Shown here: positions 12,901 through 23,215 of the stretch, piece after piece
How positions within the stretch are numbered: position 1 is the first letter of the stretch
How the letters are laid out: each line of letters starts with the position of its first letter
From: Macrostomum hystrix
Taxonomy: Eukaryota; Animalia; Platyhelminthes
Assembly (NCBI GenBank): GCA_950097015.1
Contig: CATNEN010000038.1
Location: 1,488,001-1,552,000, forward strand
Length of the DNA: 64,000 nucleotides
Reading direction: 5' to 3'
Notes under the pieces: generated by a model
What the model was told of the DNA's origin: nothing
Database searches by the model: none
What the model saw: only the letters and a program-made list of their open reading frames with translations
Program-made: the position numbers and the translations under genes

Positions 12901-13699
12901 GATACTTCTACCAGATCCTCAGATACTTCTACCTGATCCCAAAATTATCCTACCTGATCCTCATTTTCTCCAACCCCCTAAGATTGTCTCAACTAATCTA
13001 GGATTATCTCAAAAGAACAGCTATACATTTCTCCACCAGATTTTTCTACTGAATCTCTAAACCGTCAAACACGTGACCCGTGAAGTCACGTGACCTCTGA
13101 CACCTCCCAGATCCTCACCTGACCCCCAGGTGCTGCCTGAGCCGCAGATCCCAGCACAGCTGAGCATCGAATCCCCTCCTATCAGTGAGGCCGAGTCGCC
13201 AGAACTTGAGCACGGCTTCCATGACGTCTCGCTCGCGAAATTTCAACTCCCCCAGCTGCAGCAGAGGCATTTCCCGCTGGCAGAACTCGGCATCAGTTAC
13301 TAGGCGAATGAGCAGCGGGCACAGACGGCTGACGTAATCCATAGTCTGTTCACGAACCAGCATGTTGCCGTGCAATTCCAGGAACAGTTCGGCCCGCTCC
13401 TGTACGCTAGCCTTCGAATCCAAGCACAGCACCAGTTGTAGCATGGCTCGGCAGTACAGGCTGCAGTCGGTTTCTAGGACAAAGATTTTCAAAGGTCGAT
13501 TCAACTGGTGCCGCCTCCTTCTGGCCAGGGTGGTGAGCAGGTGTCTTTGATCACCTGAGCCAACAATGAGCATGGTCTCAGCTGGTTGAGCAGCTGTGCC
13601 AGAGTTTGCATCCAGCCAGACCTGTTGCAGATCCAAAGCAGGACTGAAGCCCCACCAGGTGATGCTGCCTAAGCCGCTTTCAATACTTTGACTGTCCAT
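9946..13699 (-). CDS. DNAAF3: Dynein axonemal assembly factor 3 (PF22), 4 exons
   Basis: Exons 13699-13119, 12328-11814, 10620-10425, 10099-9946 join in frame. GLGSITWWGFSPALDL, LFLELHGN, LKFRERD, WDLRLRQHLGVRYD..DWD, RGYWGDIVCSPY, VTFLP. AATAAA (minus) near 9815. Confidence 0.93.
10225..10400 (-). mobile_element. SINE family B copy in DNAAF3 intron 3
   Basis: ggcgtaaattgcacgacaagcc..ccgcggctgcgccccaaat..ggcctcgccg..gaatcga, homologous to 44193-44557. Confidence 0.8.
10757..11710. repeat. Minisatellite, 31-bp unit GATGATCCTTCATGGGGCCTGAACCTCTCAT (DNAAF3 intron 2)
   Basis: About 30 near-identical tandem units. Confidence 0.97.
12350..12965. repeat. Minisatellite, 21-bp unit CCTGATCCTCAGATTCTTCTA (DNAAF3 intron 1)
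   Basis: About 28 tandem units. Produces the spurious ESEDQV ORF extension. Confidence 0.95.
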
Positions 13700-13964
13700 G
13701 GACAGGCTGTAATTTTTGTCAGCGTGCGAGTGCTAACTGGGAAAATTTCTAGGAACCTCCTTCTAATAATAGAGTTTAAATAAAAAAGCTGAACAGAAAC
13801 GGTTGGCAAAAAAAGAAACATTTTTTAATAAAAACGAATAAAAATGCTTTGTATTTAATAAACTTTAACTAGAAATGCAATTAATAAAAAAACTTAAAAT
13901 CTAAATCAACTAAGTAAACTCGCACTTTGCTGAAAATATTCCAACCCAACTGAGGCAATTTAAC

Positions 13965-14250
13965 CCCACATAGGTCACTCAGATCCTACTGAGGCCACTC
14001 AGATCCCACTGAGGTCACTCTGATCCTACTGAGGTCACTCTGATACCACTGAGGTCACTCTGATCCCACTGAGGTCACTCTGATCCCACTGAGGTCACTC
14101 TGATCCCACTGAGGTCACTCTGAACCCGGTTTCGGCGGCGCCACCCTGATCCCACTGAAAGCATTCAGACCCCACTGAGGCCACCGGCCTGATCCCACTG
14201 AGGCCACTCTGATCCCACTGAGGCCACTTGGATCCCACATAGGTCACTCT
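13965..14250. repeat. Minisatellite, 20-bp unit GATCCCACTGAGGTCACTCT
   Basis: About 13 units starting immediately after the stop codon of the Sam50-like gene. Confidence 0.9.
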
Positions 14251-14254
14251 AAAC

Positions 14255-17200
14255 CTAGTACTCAGCCAGCAGGGTCACAGAGAGTCCAGCCTGAGCAGCA
14301 TCCGTGGCAAACTTGGACAAAGGTGGCCAGCACAAATTCACTTCCAGACGCGCTGGTCCGATGTCCTCGGCTATCGAAGGTCCAGCAGCTGCGGGCAGGG
14401 GACAGGCCAGGCCGACGCCGCGACCGAGGCCGAGGCCGACGCCGGCATCATCGGAGTCGACAATGCCGGCGTCGACAAAGGCGCGCAGGCGAAGACTCGG
14501 CGGCAGGCAGCGAGCAAGCAGCATCGGCGGCGCCGCCGAAACCTCCAGGCCGACGGACAGCCGGGTGAAGCCGCCGAGGTAGCGCAGGCCAAAGAATTGG
14601 CGACAGTCGCCAGCGCCCCAGTCCGCTAGCGGGCCGGGATGGCTGGGGCCGGCTCGGTTGGGCGCGAAACCGCGAACGCCTGCGGTGGGAAGTTGACAGT
14701 TCACAGTTAACAAGAAACTGACAGGTGAGATTGACAGGTGAGATTTTGATACTGAGAGGTGACAGGTGACAGGTAAGAGTCTCAGTGACTCTGAACCTCA
14801 ACTCATTGGGTGGTGACTGAGTCCCACCAGTCTGACAGGTGACACTATGATACTCACAGGGAAAGTTATGAAACAGACAGGTGAGACTATGAGACTAACG
14901 GGTGAGATTATGAGTGACAGGTGGGACTATGAGACTGACACGTGAGATAATGATACTGACAGGTGAGATGACGAGAGTGACAGGTGACACTATAATACTG
15001 ACACGTGAGATAATGAGACTGACAGGTGAGATGACGAGAGTGACAGGTGAGACTATGATACTAACGGGTGAGATTATGAGAGTGACAGGTGGGACTATGA
15101 GACTGACACGTGAGATAATGAGACTGACAGGTGAGATGACGAGAGTGACAGGTGAGATGACGAGAGTGACAGGTGAGACTATAATACTGACACGTGAGAT
15201 AATGAGACTGACAGGTGAGATGACGAGAGTGACAGGTGAGACTATGATACTAACGGGTGAGATGACGAGAGTGACACGTGGGACTATGAGACTGACACGT
15301 GAGATAATGAGACTGACAGGTGAGATGACGAGAGTGACAGGTGAGACTACGATACTGACACGTGAGATGAGGAGACTGACAGGTAGACTATGAGAGTTAC
15401 AGATGAGACTATGAGACTACCCTTAACACGAAAGACGGTATCAGAAGTGTGTTAATACCCTAAATAATGATGAATATTTTACCAGCCACAGCTCCGCCGA
15501 ATGGAAACCGATCCTCAAACGGAGTCAAATGGTCGGCGCCGAAGCACTTGTTGAAGTCGAATCGAAGGCCAAGCGATGGCGAGCAATGGCCCAGTAGAGA
15601 CTGCAGTGGGAGGCGCCAAACTATCTAGAATGCAAATATGGAGCAGTTTGAGTCAATTGGTGGATCAACAGTAGGAATACCAAGCCATTTTGCAGCCTGT
15701 TTTTATACCTGGGGGGTGAGAGTCTCCCTTCCTGACAAATTTTAGACAATAATCAGGCCACCAACTCTTCAGACCGTCGAGATATTCAACGGTTCTAGCC
15801 GAAGGTCAGATTTTCCCCCAAAAGAGCAAGTGTATTTCAGTGCCTTGCCAGGCCTTCAAAATTGATCAGCATGTCACACGAACGTGCCTGCATCATCTCC
15901 GTCTTCGGTGGTCACCCGCCTTGATCTTGACGGAGCTGCTGTACATTCAACAAGTGACACCAGCCGACTATGGACACCCTGATGCAAATTTCTCTCTTTT
16001 CGGCTGATCAAGTCTCAATATGGGACGAAGCTTAACAACAGGACCTTCGCCTAGTCTGTCAACCAATCAGTCACCACCCCGAAGCCGTCAGCACCGTCAG
16101 CAGGGTGCCTCCAGCTGGCTACGGAGTCTCTATAGCTAATTTCTCTACTTTCGCTGATCAAGCCTCGATATTGGACTACACTTAACTACTGCTTCTTGAA
16201 GGTCCAGCAGCTCCGTCTAGATAAAGGTCGGTGAGCACAGAAGTCGGAGATGATGCAGGCGCTTGACGCTTGCTTTGAAGGCCTGGCATGGCCTTTGGGT
16301 GCAGCGCAATTAATTTTCAGGGGGCCCCTTTGTAGTTCGACTGTTGATTGATACCTTACAGTCAGTAAAGTAGGTATAGTCTGAACTCACAGGCCAACTC
16401 ACCTGAGCTGTAGTCCGATGACTCAGCACCAGGCCCAGCAGAAGCTGGCCATTGTTCTGACCTGGCCGAGCTTCAAAAGCGACAAGCTCGTTGCTGACTC
16501 GAATCAACCAGCCGAGACTGGGCACCGCAGGGCAGTCCCGGCTGTCCCACTCCGAGCTGTGACGCAGCGACAGGCGCCAGGCTTCGGGCAGTTCAACAAC
16601 TTCTTCTTCCGGATTCGAAGCTGCGACGATGGCAGCGACGGCTTCCTCGGGAGTCAATGCCAACCGGCGTAGAGAGCCGTCCAGCAGTAGGGAATGGCGG
16701 TGGCGGATGCGGCGGAGGTCGGAAGAGCGCGCCGCGGGAGTCGGGTCCGCATAGCGGAGGCCGCAGAAGCTGTGCCGGCTGCGGTTCTGGGAGGAATTTT
16801 CCGTGTGGGACATTTGAACTAATAAAATGACTGGCAAATAATCCTATCTGTTAGCAAGTTTGCAACTTATCTTTTTAAGTAATAAGGCAAGCAATTGGTT
16901 TATTAATTTTTATTTTAACTAGCAAATGATTTCCAGATTTTCCATAGAAGATGGCAGCATAAGCAGTCCAACTGAACCAATCTGAACCAAGAAAAGCGTT
17001 TGAGTAGTCATAGATATGCTTGAGTAGTCAGAAAAGCGTTTCAGTAGTCAGAGAAGCGCTTGAGTAGTCAGAGAAGGGCTTGAGTAGTCAGAGAAGGGCT
17101 TGAGTAGTCAGAGAAGTGCTTGAGTAGTCAGAGAAGTGCTTGAGTAGTCAGAGAAGTGCTTGAGTAGTCAGAGAAGGGCTTGAGTAGTCAGAGAAGGGCT

Positions 17201-18437
17201 TGAGTAGTCAGAGAAGCGTTTGAGTAGTCAGAAAAGCGTTTGAGCAGTCCGTGAAGCGTTTCAGTCATCAGAGAAGCGTTTGAGTAGTCAGAGAAGCGTT
17301 TGAGCTGTCAGAGAAGTGCTTGAGTAGTCAGAGAAGTGCTTGAGTAGTCAGAGAAGCGTATGAGCAGTCAGAGAAGCGTTTTAGTCAATAGAGAAGCGTA
17401 TGAGCAGTCAGAGAAGCGTTTTAGTCATCAGAGAAGCGTTTGAGCAGTCAGAGAAGCGTTTTAGTCATCAGAGAAGCGTTTGAGCAGTCAGAATAAGTGC
17501 TTGAGTAGTCAGAGAAGTGCTTGAGTAGTCAGAGAAGTTCTTGAGTAGTCAGAGAAGTTCTTGAGTAGTCAGAGAAGTGCTTGAGTTTTCAGAGAAGTGC
17601 TTGAGTTGTCAGAGAAGTGCTTGAGTAGTCAGAGAAGTTCTTGAGTAGTCAGAGAAGTGCTTGAGTAGTCAGAGAAGTTCTTGAGTAGTCAGAGAAGTGC
17701 TTGAGTAGTCAGAGAAGTGCTTGAGTTGTCAGAGAAGTGCTTGAGTAGTCAGAGAAGTTCTTGAGTAGTCAGAGAAGTGCTTGAGTTGTCAGAGATGTGC
17801 TTGAGTAGACAGAGAAGTGCTTGAGTTGTCAGAGAAGTGCTTGAGTTGTCAGAGATGTGCTTGAGTAGTCAGAGAAGTGCTTGAGTTGTCAGAGAAGTTC
17901 TTGAGTAGTCAGAGAAGTGCTTGAGTTGTCAGAGAAGTGCTTGAGTTGTCAGAGAAGTGCTTGAGTAGTCAGAGAAGTGCTTGAGTTGTCAGAGAAGTGC
18001 TTGAGTAGACAGAGAATCGTTTTCGTAGCCAGAGAAGCATCATTTTAGTAGTCTATTGCCTTGGACTGCAGGTGATAAAAGAGGCTGAGTCTACTTACCA
18101 GAACAGCAGCATAGTCTAACACTGTCCGATCCAGCCCTAGGCCAGCAACAAATCGCCAGTTAGCCAGCCAGCCAGGCCAGTTCCGAGCCTCCTGATTGGC
18201 CAGGTTGTAGATCAGAGGCGACTCGAGCCACACCCTGCCAGCCAGACTGTCCTGCTGACCAATCAGGGCGGTGGTCCACAGGCGCCACGGCCGATTCAGC
18301 TGCAGCCATCTGGACAGAGCAACGCCAGCAGCCAATTCAACAGTGGCTGCGCCGCCAGTTCCGCTGGCAGCAACTGCACCGCTGCGACAGGTCAAAGGCG
18401 GCGGTGGCTGCTGCTGCTGCTCCTGCTTCCGCTGCTG
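14255..18437 (-). CDS. Divergent Omp85/Sam50 (SAMM50-like) outer-membrane beta-barrel protein, 4 exons, no own ATG
   Basis: Exons 18437-18099, 16786-16403, 15600-15483, 14679-14255 splice (phases 0,0,1) into 421 codons plus stop. Motifs LSLRHSSEWDSRD..PSLG.LIRVSNEL, DRFPFGG..GVRGF, YLGG, FVDAG, GVGL, ARLEVNLC.P and a terminal aromatic residue match the order of Sam50/BamA barrel motifs. Confidence 0.8.
14830..15415. repeat. Minisatellite, 21-bp unit GAGACTGACAGGTGAGATGAC-like (Sam50-like intron 3)
   Basis: About 27 degenerate tandem units. Confidence 0.9.
15669..16265. mobile_element. Unclassified dispersed repeat with internal inverted repeat (Sam50-like intron 2)
   Basis: The start cagtagga.tac.aagccat.ttgc.gcc.gtttttatacc is shared with ~42510. 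15865-15950 is an inverted copy of 16195-16262, and both match 42758-42845. Confidence 0.6.
16990..18035. repeat. Minisatellite, 20-bp unit TTGAGTAGTCAGAGAAGTGC (Sam50-like intron 1)
   Basis: About 50 tandem units. Confidence 0.97.
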
Positions 18438-18509
18438 CTGGAATTCAAAAAATAAATAAATACGACTTGATTATGTATGTTGGGATTTAAACTGGTGGGA
18501 TTAGGAATA

Positions 18510-18960
18510 TAAATGATAAGATTGGGATTGGAACGGATAGGATTGGTAATGGAACTAATGGGATTTGGAATGGAGCTGATGGGATTAGGATTGGAGCTCA
18601 TGAGATTGGGATTGGAGCTGATGGGATTGGGAATGGAACTAATGGGATTTGGATTGGAGCTGATGGGATTGGGAATGGAACTAATGGGATTTGGATTGGA
18701 GCTGATGGGATTAGGATTGGAGCTCATGAGATTGGGATTGGAGCTGATGGGATTGGGATTGGAGCTGATGGGATTGAAAATGGAGCTCATGGGATTGGGA
18801 TTGGAACTGATGGGATTGGGATTGGAGCTGATGGGATTGGGATTGGAGCTGATGGGATTGAAAATGGAGCTCATTGGATTGGGATGGGAACTGATGGGAT
18901 TGGGATTAAAAATGATCTCATTGTGATTTTAACTGATGGATTGGGATCAAAATGATGAGA
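18510..18960. repeat. Minisatellite, 21-bp unit GGGATTGGAGCTGATGGGATT
   Basis: About 20 units between TRMT10A and the Sam50-like gene. Confidence 0.93.
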
Positions 18961-19217
18961 TTTATTTGAGAACACTCATAAATATTATATCTGTATGAGA
19001 ACTAATAAGACTATGCACCTTGACTTGGAATATCACAAATAGAACTAAAAACTCGCAACAAATGCCTATAAAATTCCATTAGCAAATCCAACAAGGACTA
19101 AGAATGTATGTTTTGCAGTAATATACTTAATAAAAAGCTGCACAATTGATTACTAACAGCCGGTCAAATCAGTTTATTTAGTTCCGTGAAAGTTGTCGAT
19201 AACTTTTCCAAACTTAA

Positions 19218-20057
19218 TCACGCATTGTCAGTGCTAGACACTTCAGGCTTTACTTCAGCAGCAGCAGGTGCATCACCGTCATCATCTTGCACAATCTTTC
19301 GCTTGGGCACAACCGTGCGCAGCGCTTCACCCCAATCCCCGCAATTGGAATAGGTGAGCAGCAGATTAAACACCTGGTCTACTGTAAGCACTCTGCGGGA
19401 GTTCAGACGAATGTGTTGCGCGATGGGCAGCTGAGCGGTGCGCAAGCCAAGGGTTTTGGCCAGCTGGTAGCAATGACTGGGATAATGGTTGTGATCGACC
19501 AGGCCGCCAATAATGTACACGCAGTCGTCACTCAGAGTATCCAAAATAGTTTCAGATTCGCTGCACAGATAAACTAATTGTTCGCGCGGAAACAAACTCA
19601 GGTAAGACTCTTCGCGCCAATGCAAATCCCAATTTAGATAATCGTTGGAGCCGATGCCTTTCAGTTTTTCTAACAGTTTTCCGCCCAAGTCTGTGACATA
19701 GAGCTGCATGGGAGACGAGCTGCGCCTATTGTAACCATAGCAATGCTGCAGCTGGTTGAACAGCTTGCAAACATCTCCAATAGGCATGAGCGAGTCGAAT
19801 GAGCAGTCAATGACAACCCTAACACGGCAGGCACTGTCGCTCATACTATTGGCTGCAGCTTTCGTCAGCCGTTTGCCTTTCCGCTGCGGTTTCTGGCCAG
19901 ATTCCTTCAGCTGCTGCCTCTTGGCTTTACGGAGGGCCTTGACTATCTCACGCTTCTTGAGCTTCTTCTGAGCTCGCTTTGACAACGGCTTAGCCTGCTC
20001 TGCGAGCTCTGAGCTAGGGTCTGACTGTGCCATGGCACTGTCTGATTGGTCTGACAT
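19218..20057 (-). CDS. TRMT10A: tRNA (guanine-N1)-methyltransferase Trm10, intronless CDS
   Basis: VIDCSFDSLM, QLQHCYGYNRR, LVYLCSES, YIIGGLVDHN, AQLPI, RRVLTVDQVF, W.EAL..VVPKRK. AATAAA (minus) near 19175. Confidence 0.93.
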   Translation of the reverse strand: MSDQSDSAMAQSDPSSELAEQAKPLSKRAQKKLKKREIVKALRKAKRQQLKESGQKPQRKGKRLTKAAANSMSDSACRVRVVIDCSFDSLMPIGDVCKLFNQLQHCYGYNRRSSSPMQLYVTDLGGKLLEKLKGIGSNDYLNWDLHWREESYLSLFPREQLVYLCSESETILDTLSDDCVYIIGGLVDHNHYPSHCYQLAKTLGLRTAQLPIAQHIRLNSRRVLTVDQVFNLLLTYSNCGDWGEALRTVVPKRKIVQDDDGDAPAAAEVKPEVSSTDNA

Positions 20058-20289
20058 TGTTTGGCAATGGCTGCAAATTGATCATTGGTTGATATGCATC
20101 GTGATTGGCTGATAAGGTAGGGAAGATAGGAAGTAAACTTGTGATTTACTCAGAATACAAGTATCTGTATGAAATACAAATATGACATATATGACAAATA
20201 TGACATAAGCCTAGTCCTCTGGTGACACCCAAAATAAGTCAATTGAGCAGAGTAACTAGATACAACTGTCACTAATAGCATTGAATAAA

Positions 20290-20565
20290 ATAAATAATAA
20301 TTATAACTGATTACACCTGCCCCAATAGGGCCAGATGTGCAGCCAACAACACAGGTGCAACTTTTGTGCAGGGCATGTGAAGACTATGTACAGCTGTTCA
20401 GACTATGAACTGGGGGATGCCACACCCACCCTCAATTACCCCAGCTAATGCTGGTACCTATTCAACAGCTGGGTGAACTCAATTAATGTTGAGTTAAGTG
20501 TTTTGCTAGCAGGACACATTCTTCAAGTTTGAGTTGGGAATCAAAAACACAACTTTCAAGCCATG
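20290..20565 (-). mobile_element. SINE family A copy with (ATT)n-like tail
   Basis: ttacacc..cccaat.ggg.cagatgtgcagcc..gggggatgccacacccaccctcaattaccccagct..cagctgggtgaact, homologous to 42958-43240. Confidence 0.8.
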
Positions 20566-20634
20566 AGTATCAGACAACTTGCCAGAGATATAGCTAGAGG
20601 TTCTATATAATCTAGAAAATTATTTTAAAAGCTG

Positions 20635-21817
20635 CAGTGTTGGGCAACCTTCCGGCACTTCCGGCACTTTTTGTGCCGGAAGTTACTGTTTTTTAAAGCG
20701 GCACTTTTTTCCAGTTCTTTTTTTTGTAGTGCCGGACTAGGGTATCGGAAGTTACTTTTTGTTAAGCCCGGTACTTCCGGCACTTTTTTAAATGCAGAGA
20801 AAAAAAGAGAAAGAAAGTAAAGAAAACATACAAATTGAAAGAATTCGAGCAAAGCGAGCACCTCTTGCCAACGCGACACTAAACCGCCTTGTACTACTTC
20901 GCGGCAACAAGCATTTGATGTGAATTGTGACAACATGACTGTCTATATCTAGCTTTTACACTAGTGCTAAAGCTTTCAAGTTTAAATTACGGGGGTTCCT
21001 TTTAAGAAGCATGCAAACTTTTTTTCTCAGCTGTTAACCTAGGCTAAATTGTCTAAATGTCAAAGTAGTTTTTTCAGGGCTTAAAATGTTATTGAATTAA
21101 TAAAGTTAATTATCAGCAGGGCAGCAGCGCCACTAGAGCTACTCTTTCCACTTTTTTAGAGTTGTCACTTTATGTCATTAGTTTGTAAGACTTGTGTTGT
21201 TAGTTATTCAGTGGTGTGATTGAGGCGCGAATATGCGATTTCTGAGGGCAGGCGCGAATTATCGTCAAACAGAGGCGCGATTTTTCAATTTTCGAATTTT
21301 CATTTTTTTACTGATCACGTTTAGTCTATTTGCGCACGCTTTATTCAAATTTAAACTTAATGTAATGTTATGGTGTAAAATACATGCAAATCTAATTTTT
21401 TTTTCAGCTTTTTTAGTTGCGCAGGCCAAACTTTTGAGTGGTAATTGGTAAAGTACTGCCACAGCAAGGATTGAACCTTAGTGCTGGAAAAAGAAGCAAA
21501 AACCATAAAAATATAGGTTTTCAGGAATTCATTTTTCGTTTTCAATAATTTCATTTAATCATTTTCCACTTGGTTTTACTCTAGACAAGTTGGCAGTTGC
21601 AAAGGCATGTTATTATTAGTTTTTTAATAATAAAAACATAATTAAGCCCTTCTTTAACACGCGATTTTTCAACAGTAGAAAGTACCGGTGCCGAAGAACC
21701 GGAAGTTACTTTTTTTTTCGAGTGCCGGTACCGGAACTACTACCGGAAGTTACTTTCTTTAGAACCGGAAGTTACTTGACCGGAAGTTACTTTTTTAAAG
21801 TAACTTGCCCAACACTG
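20635..21817. mobile_element. Non-autonomous hAT DNA transposon
   Basis: TIRs CAGTGTTGGGCAA / TTGCCCAACACTG, perfect 8-bp TSD AAAAGCTG (20627-20634, 21818-21825), subterminal CCGGAAGTTACT repeats. Confidence 0.92.
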
Positions 21818-23215
21818 AAAAGCTGCCAAAGAATACTTGAATTAACTAGGCCTAGAATACTTCATAAAAATTAAAAAAAGTTAAATATAAAAAGATCATC
21901 AGGTCAAAAATTTGGTTACATTTGTCTAACTATTATTTAACTATTAGTATTAAAAGCATAATTTGCAGTACAATTTGATTTAATTGAATGCTTCGTATAG
22001 CTAAAGTAAACTCTGATCTGAGTCCAAGTGTGAGGAAACATTAAATTTGTGACTAAAATTACATGTTCCTTAATATGAATAAAGCATATTGTATTATATC
22101 AAATATAAAAGCAACCCAGCTATTTCTCTGTATATAAGTAGTTCAAATTGGGTTAAGTAATATCTATCGGCACCAGAGTAGTTTTACTATGCTAAAAAAA
22201 CTAAAAGGGTTAGCATTCAAATCCAATCAAAGATTTTTTAGAGTGCATAAAAAATCAAAGCCTAAAAACACTGGCCTTGGTCCTAATCAGTTAAAAGCCA
22301 AGATATTAATTAATCTCTTTTAAGTTCTAGCTGCTAACAAAAGACTGACATTCAGAAAAATTTTATATCCTGAGTTGCATACAATAGGCCTATGGATGGT
22401 TAGGTCTAGTCTAATTAGTTAAGTACCAAATTATCTACAACTAATTACAATTGCAACAAAGTGCAATTGGCTTTTATGCAATTTAAGTTTTGTGGGCTGG
22501 GCAAGCAATCGTTTCAGGTGTAGGCCCTAGTGAGAATGAGAACGTTAAAAACGAGTGCTACAAGTGCTACAACTGGGACAAACATAGGTCATTCCATAGA
22601 CGGTGATAGATGTAGGGACTATGGTGCATAGTATTAAAATTAATATTTGATATCACGAATAAGAACAGTTCACGTGATACGAACACATTTAACTTACGAG
22701 TCGTGTATATTAATCAATAAGCTGCATATACATTTGCTTTAGAATTTGGAATGACATTTAAATTCGCGCTATATATATTCGGTTTCTTAGAAATTAAAGA
22801 GCAAAGGGACCAGCATGCTGTTCTATCATGATGCATAATATAAAAAGTACACAATATCACAGAATTGCGTCTGAGCTCTTTAGCTAGTCAAGCTAGAATA
22901 GGGCTCTGGGCTCTGTCTAATATTCATAAAATATATATTCGATAAGGTTTACTATCGGTTAACTGGACATTCTGCATTCGATTCGATTCGATGACAACAA
23001 AGGCAGATAAGGATACGTTCTACTTGTAAAGAATGAAATAAAGAAACGAAAATTTAATTATACGATAATGGTGTTGTAGCCTAGTGGTTAGAGAGTCAGA
23101 AACACGACTTGGAAGGTCGGGGTTCGATTCCCGACTGCACTCGAACAATTTGTGTCCTATAGCAAGACACTTAACGATCTGCATTGCTTCAGTTCACCCA
23201 GCTGTGAAATGGGTA

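Noticed and set aside
14255-18437. Bacterial contamination or a prokaryotic BamA gene
   Set aside because: The ORF is interrupted by three spliceosomal introns and embedded among animal genes.
23069-23145. tRNA gene (also ~1735-1805, 9260-9318, 44485-44557, 55985-56043)
   Set aside because: These are tRNA-like heads that either run into SINE bodies or are degenerate remnants, with no proper acceptor stem.
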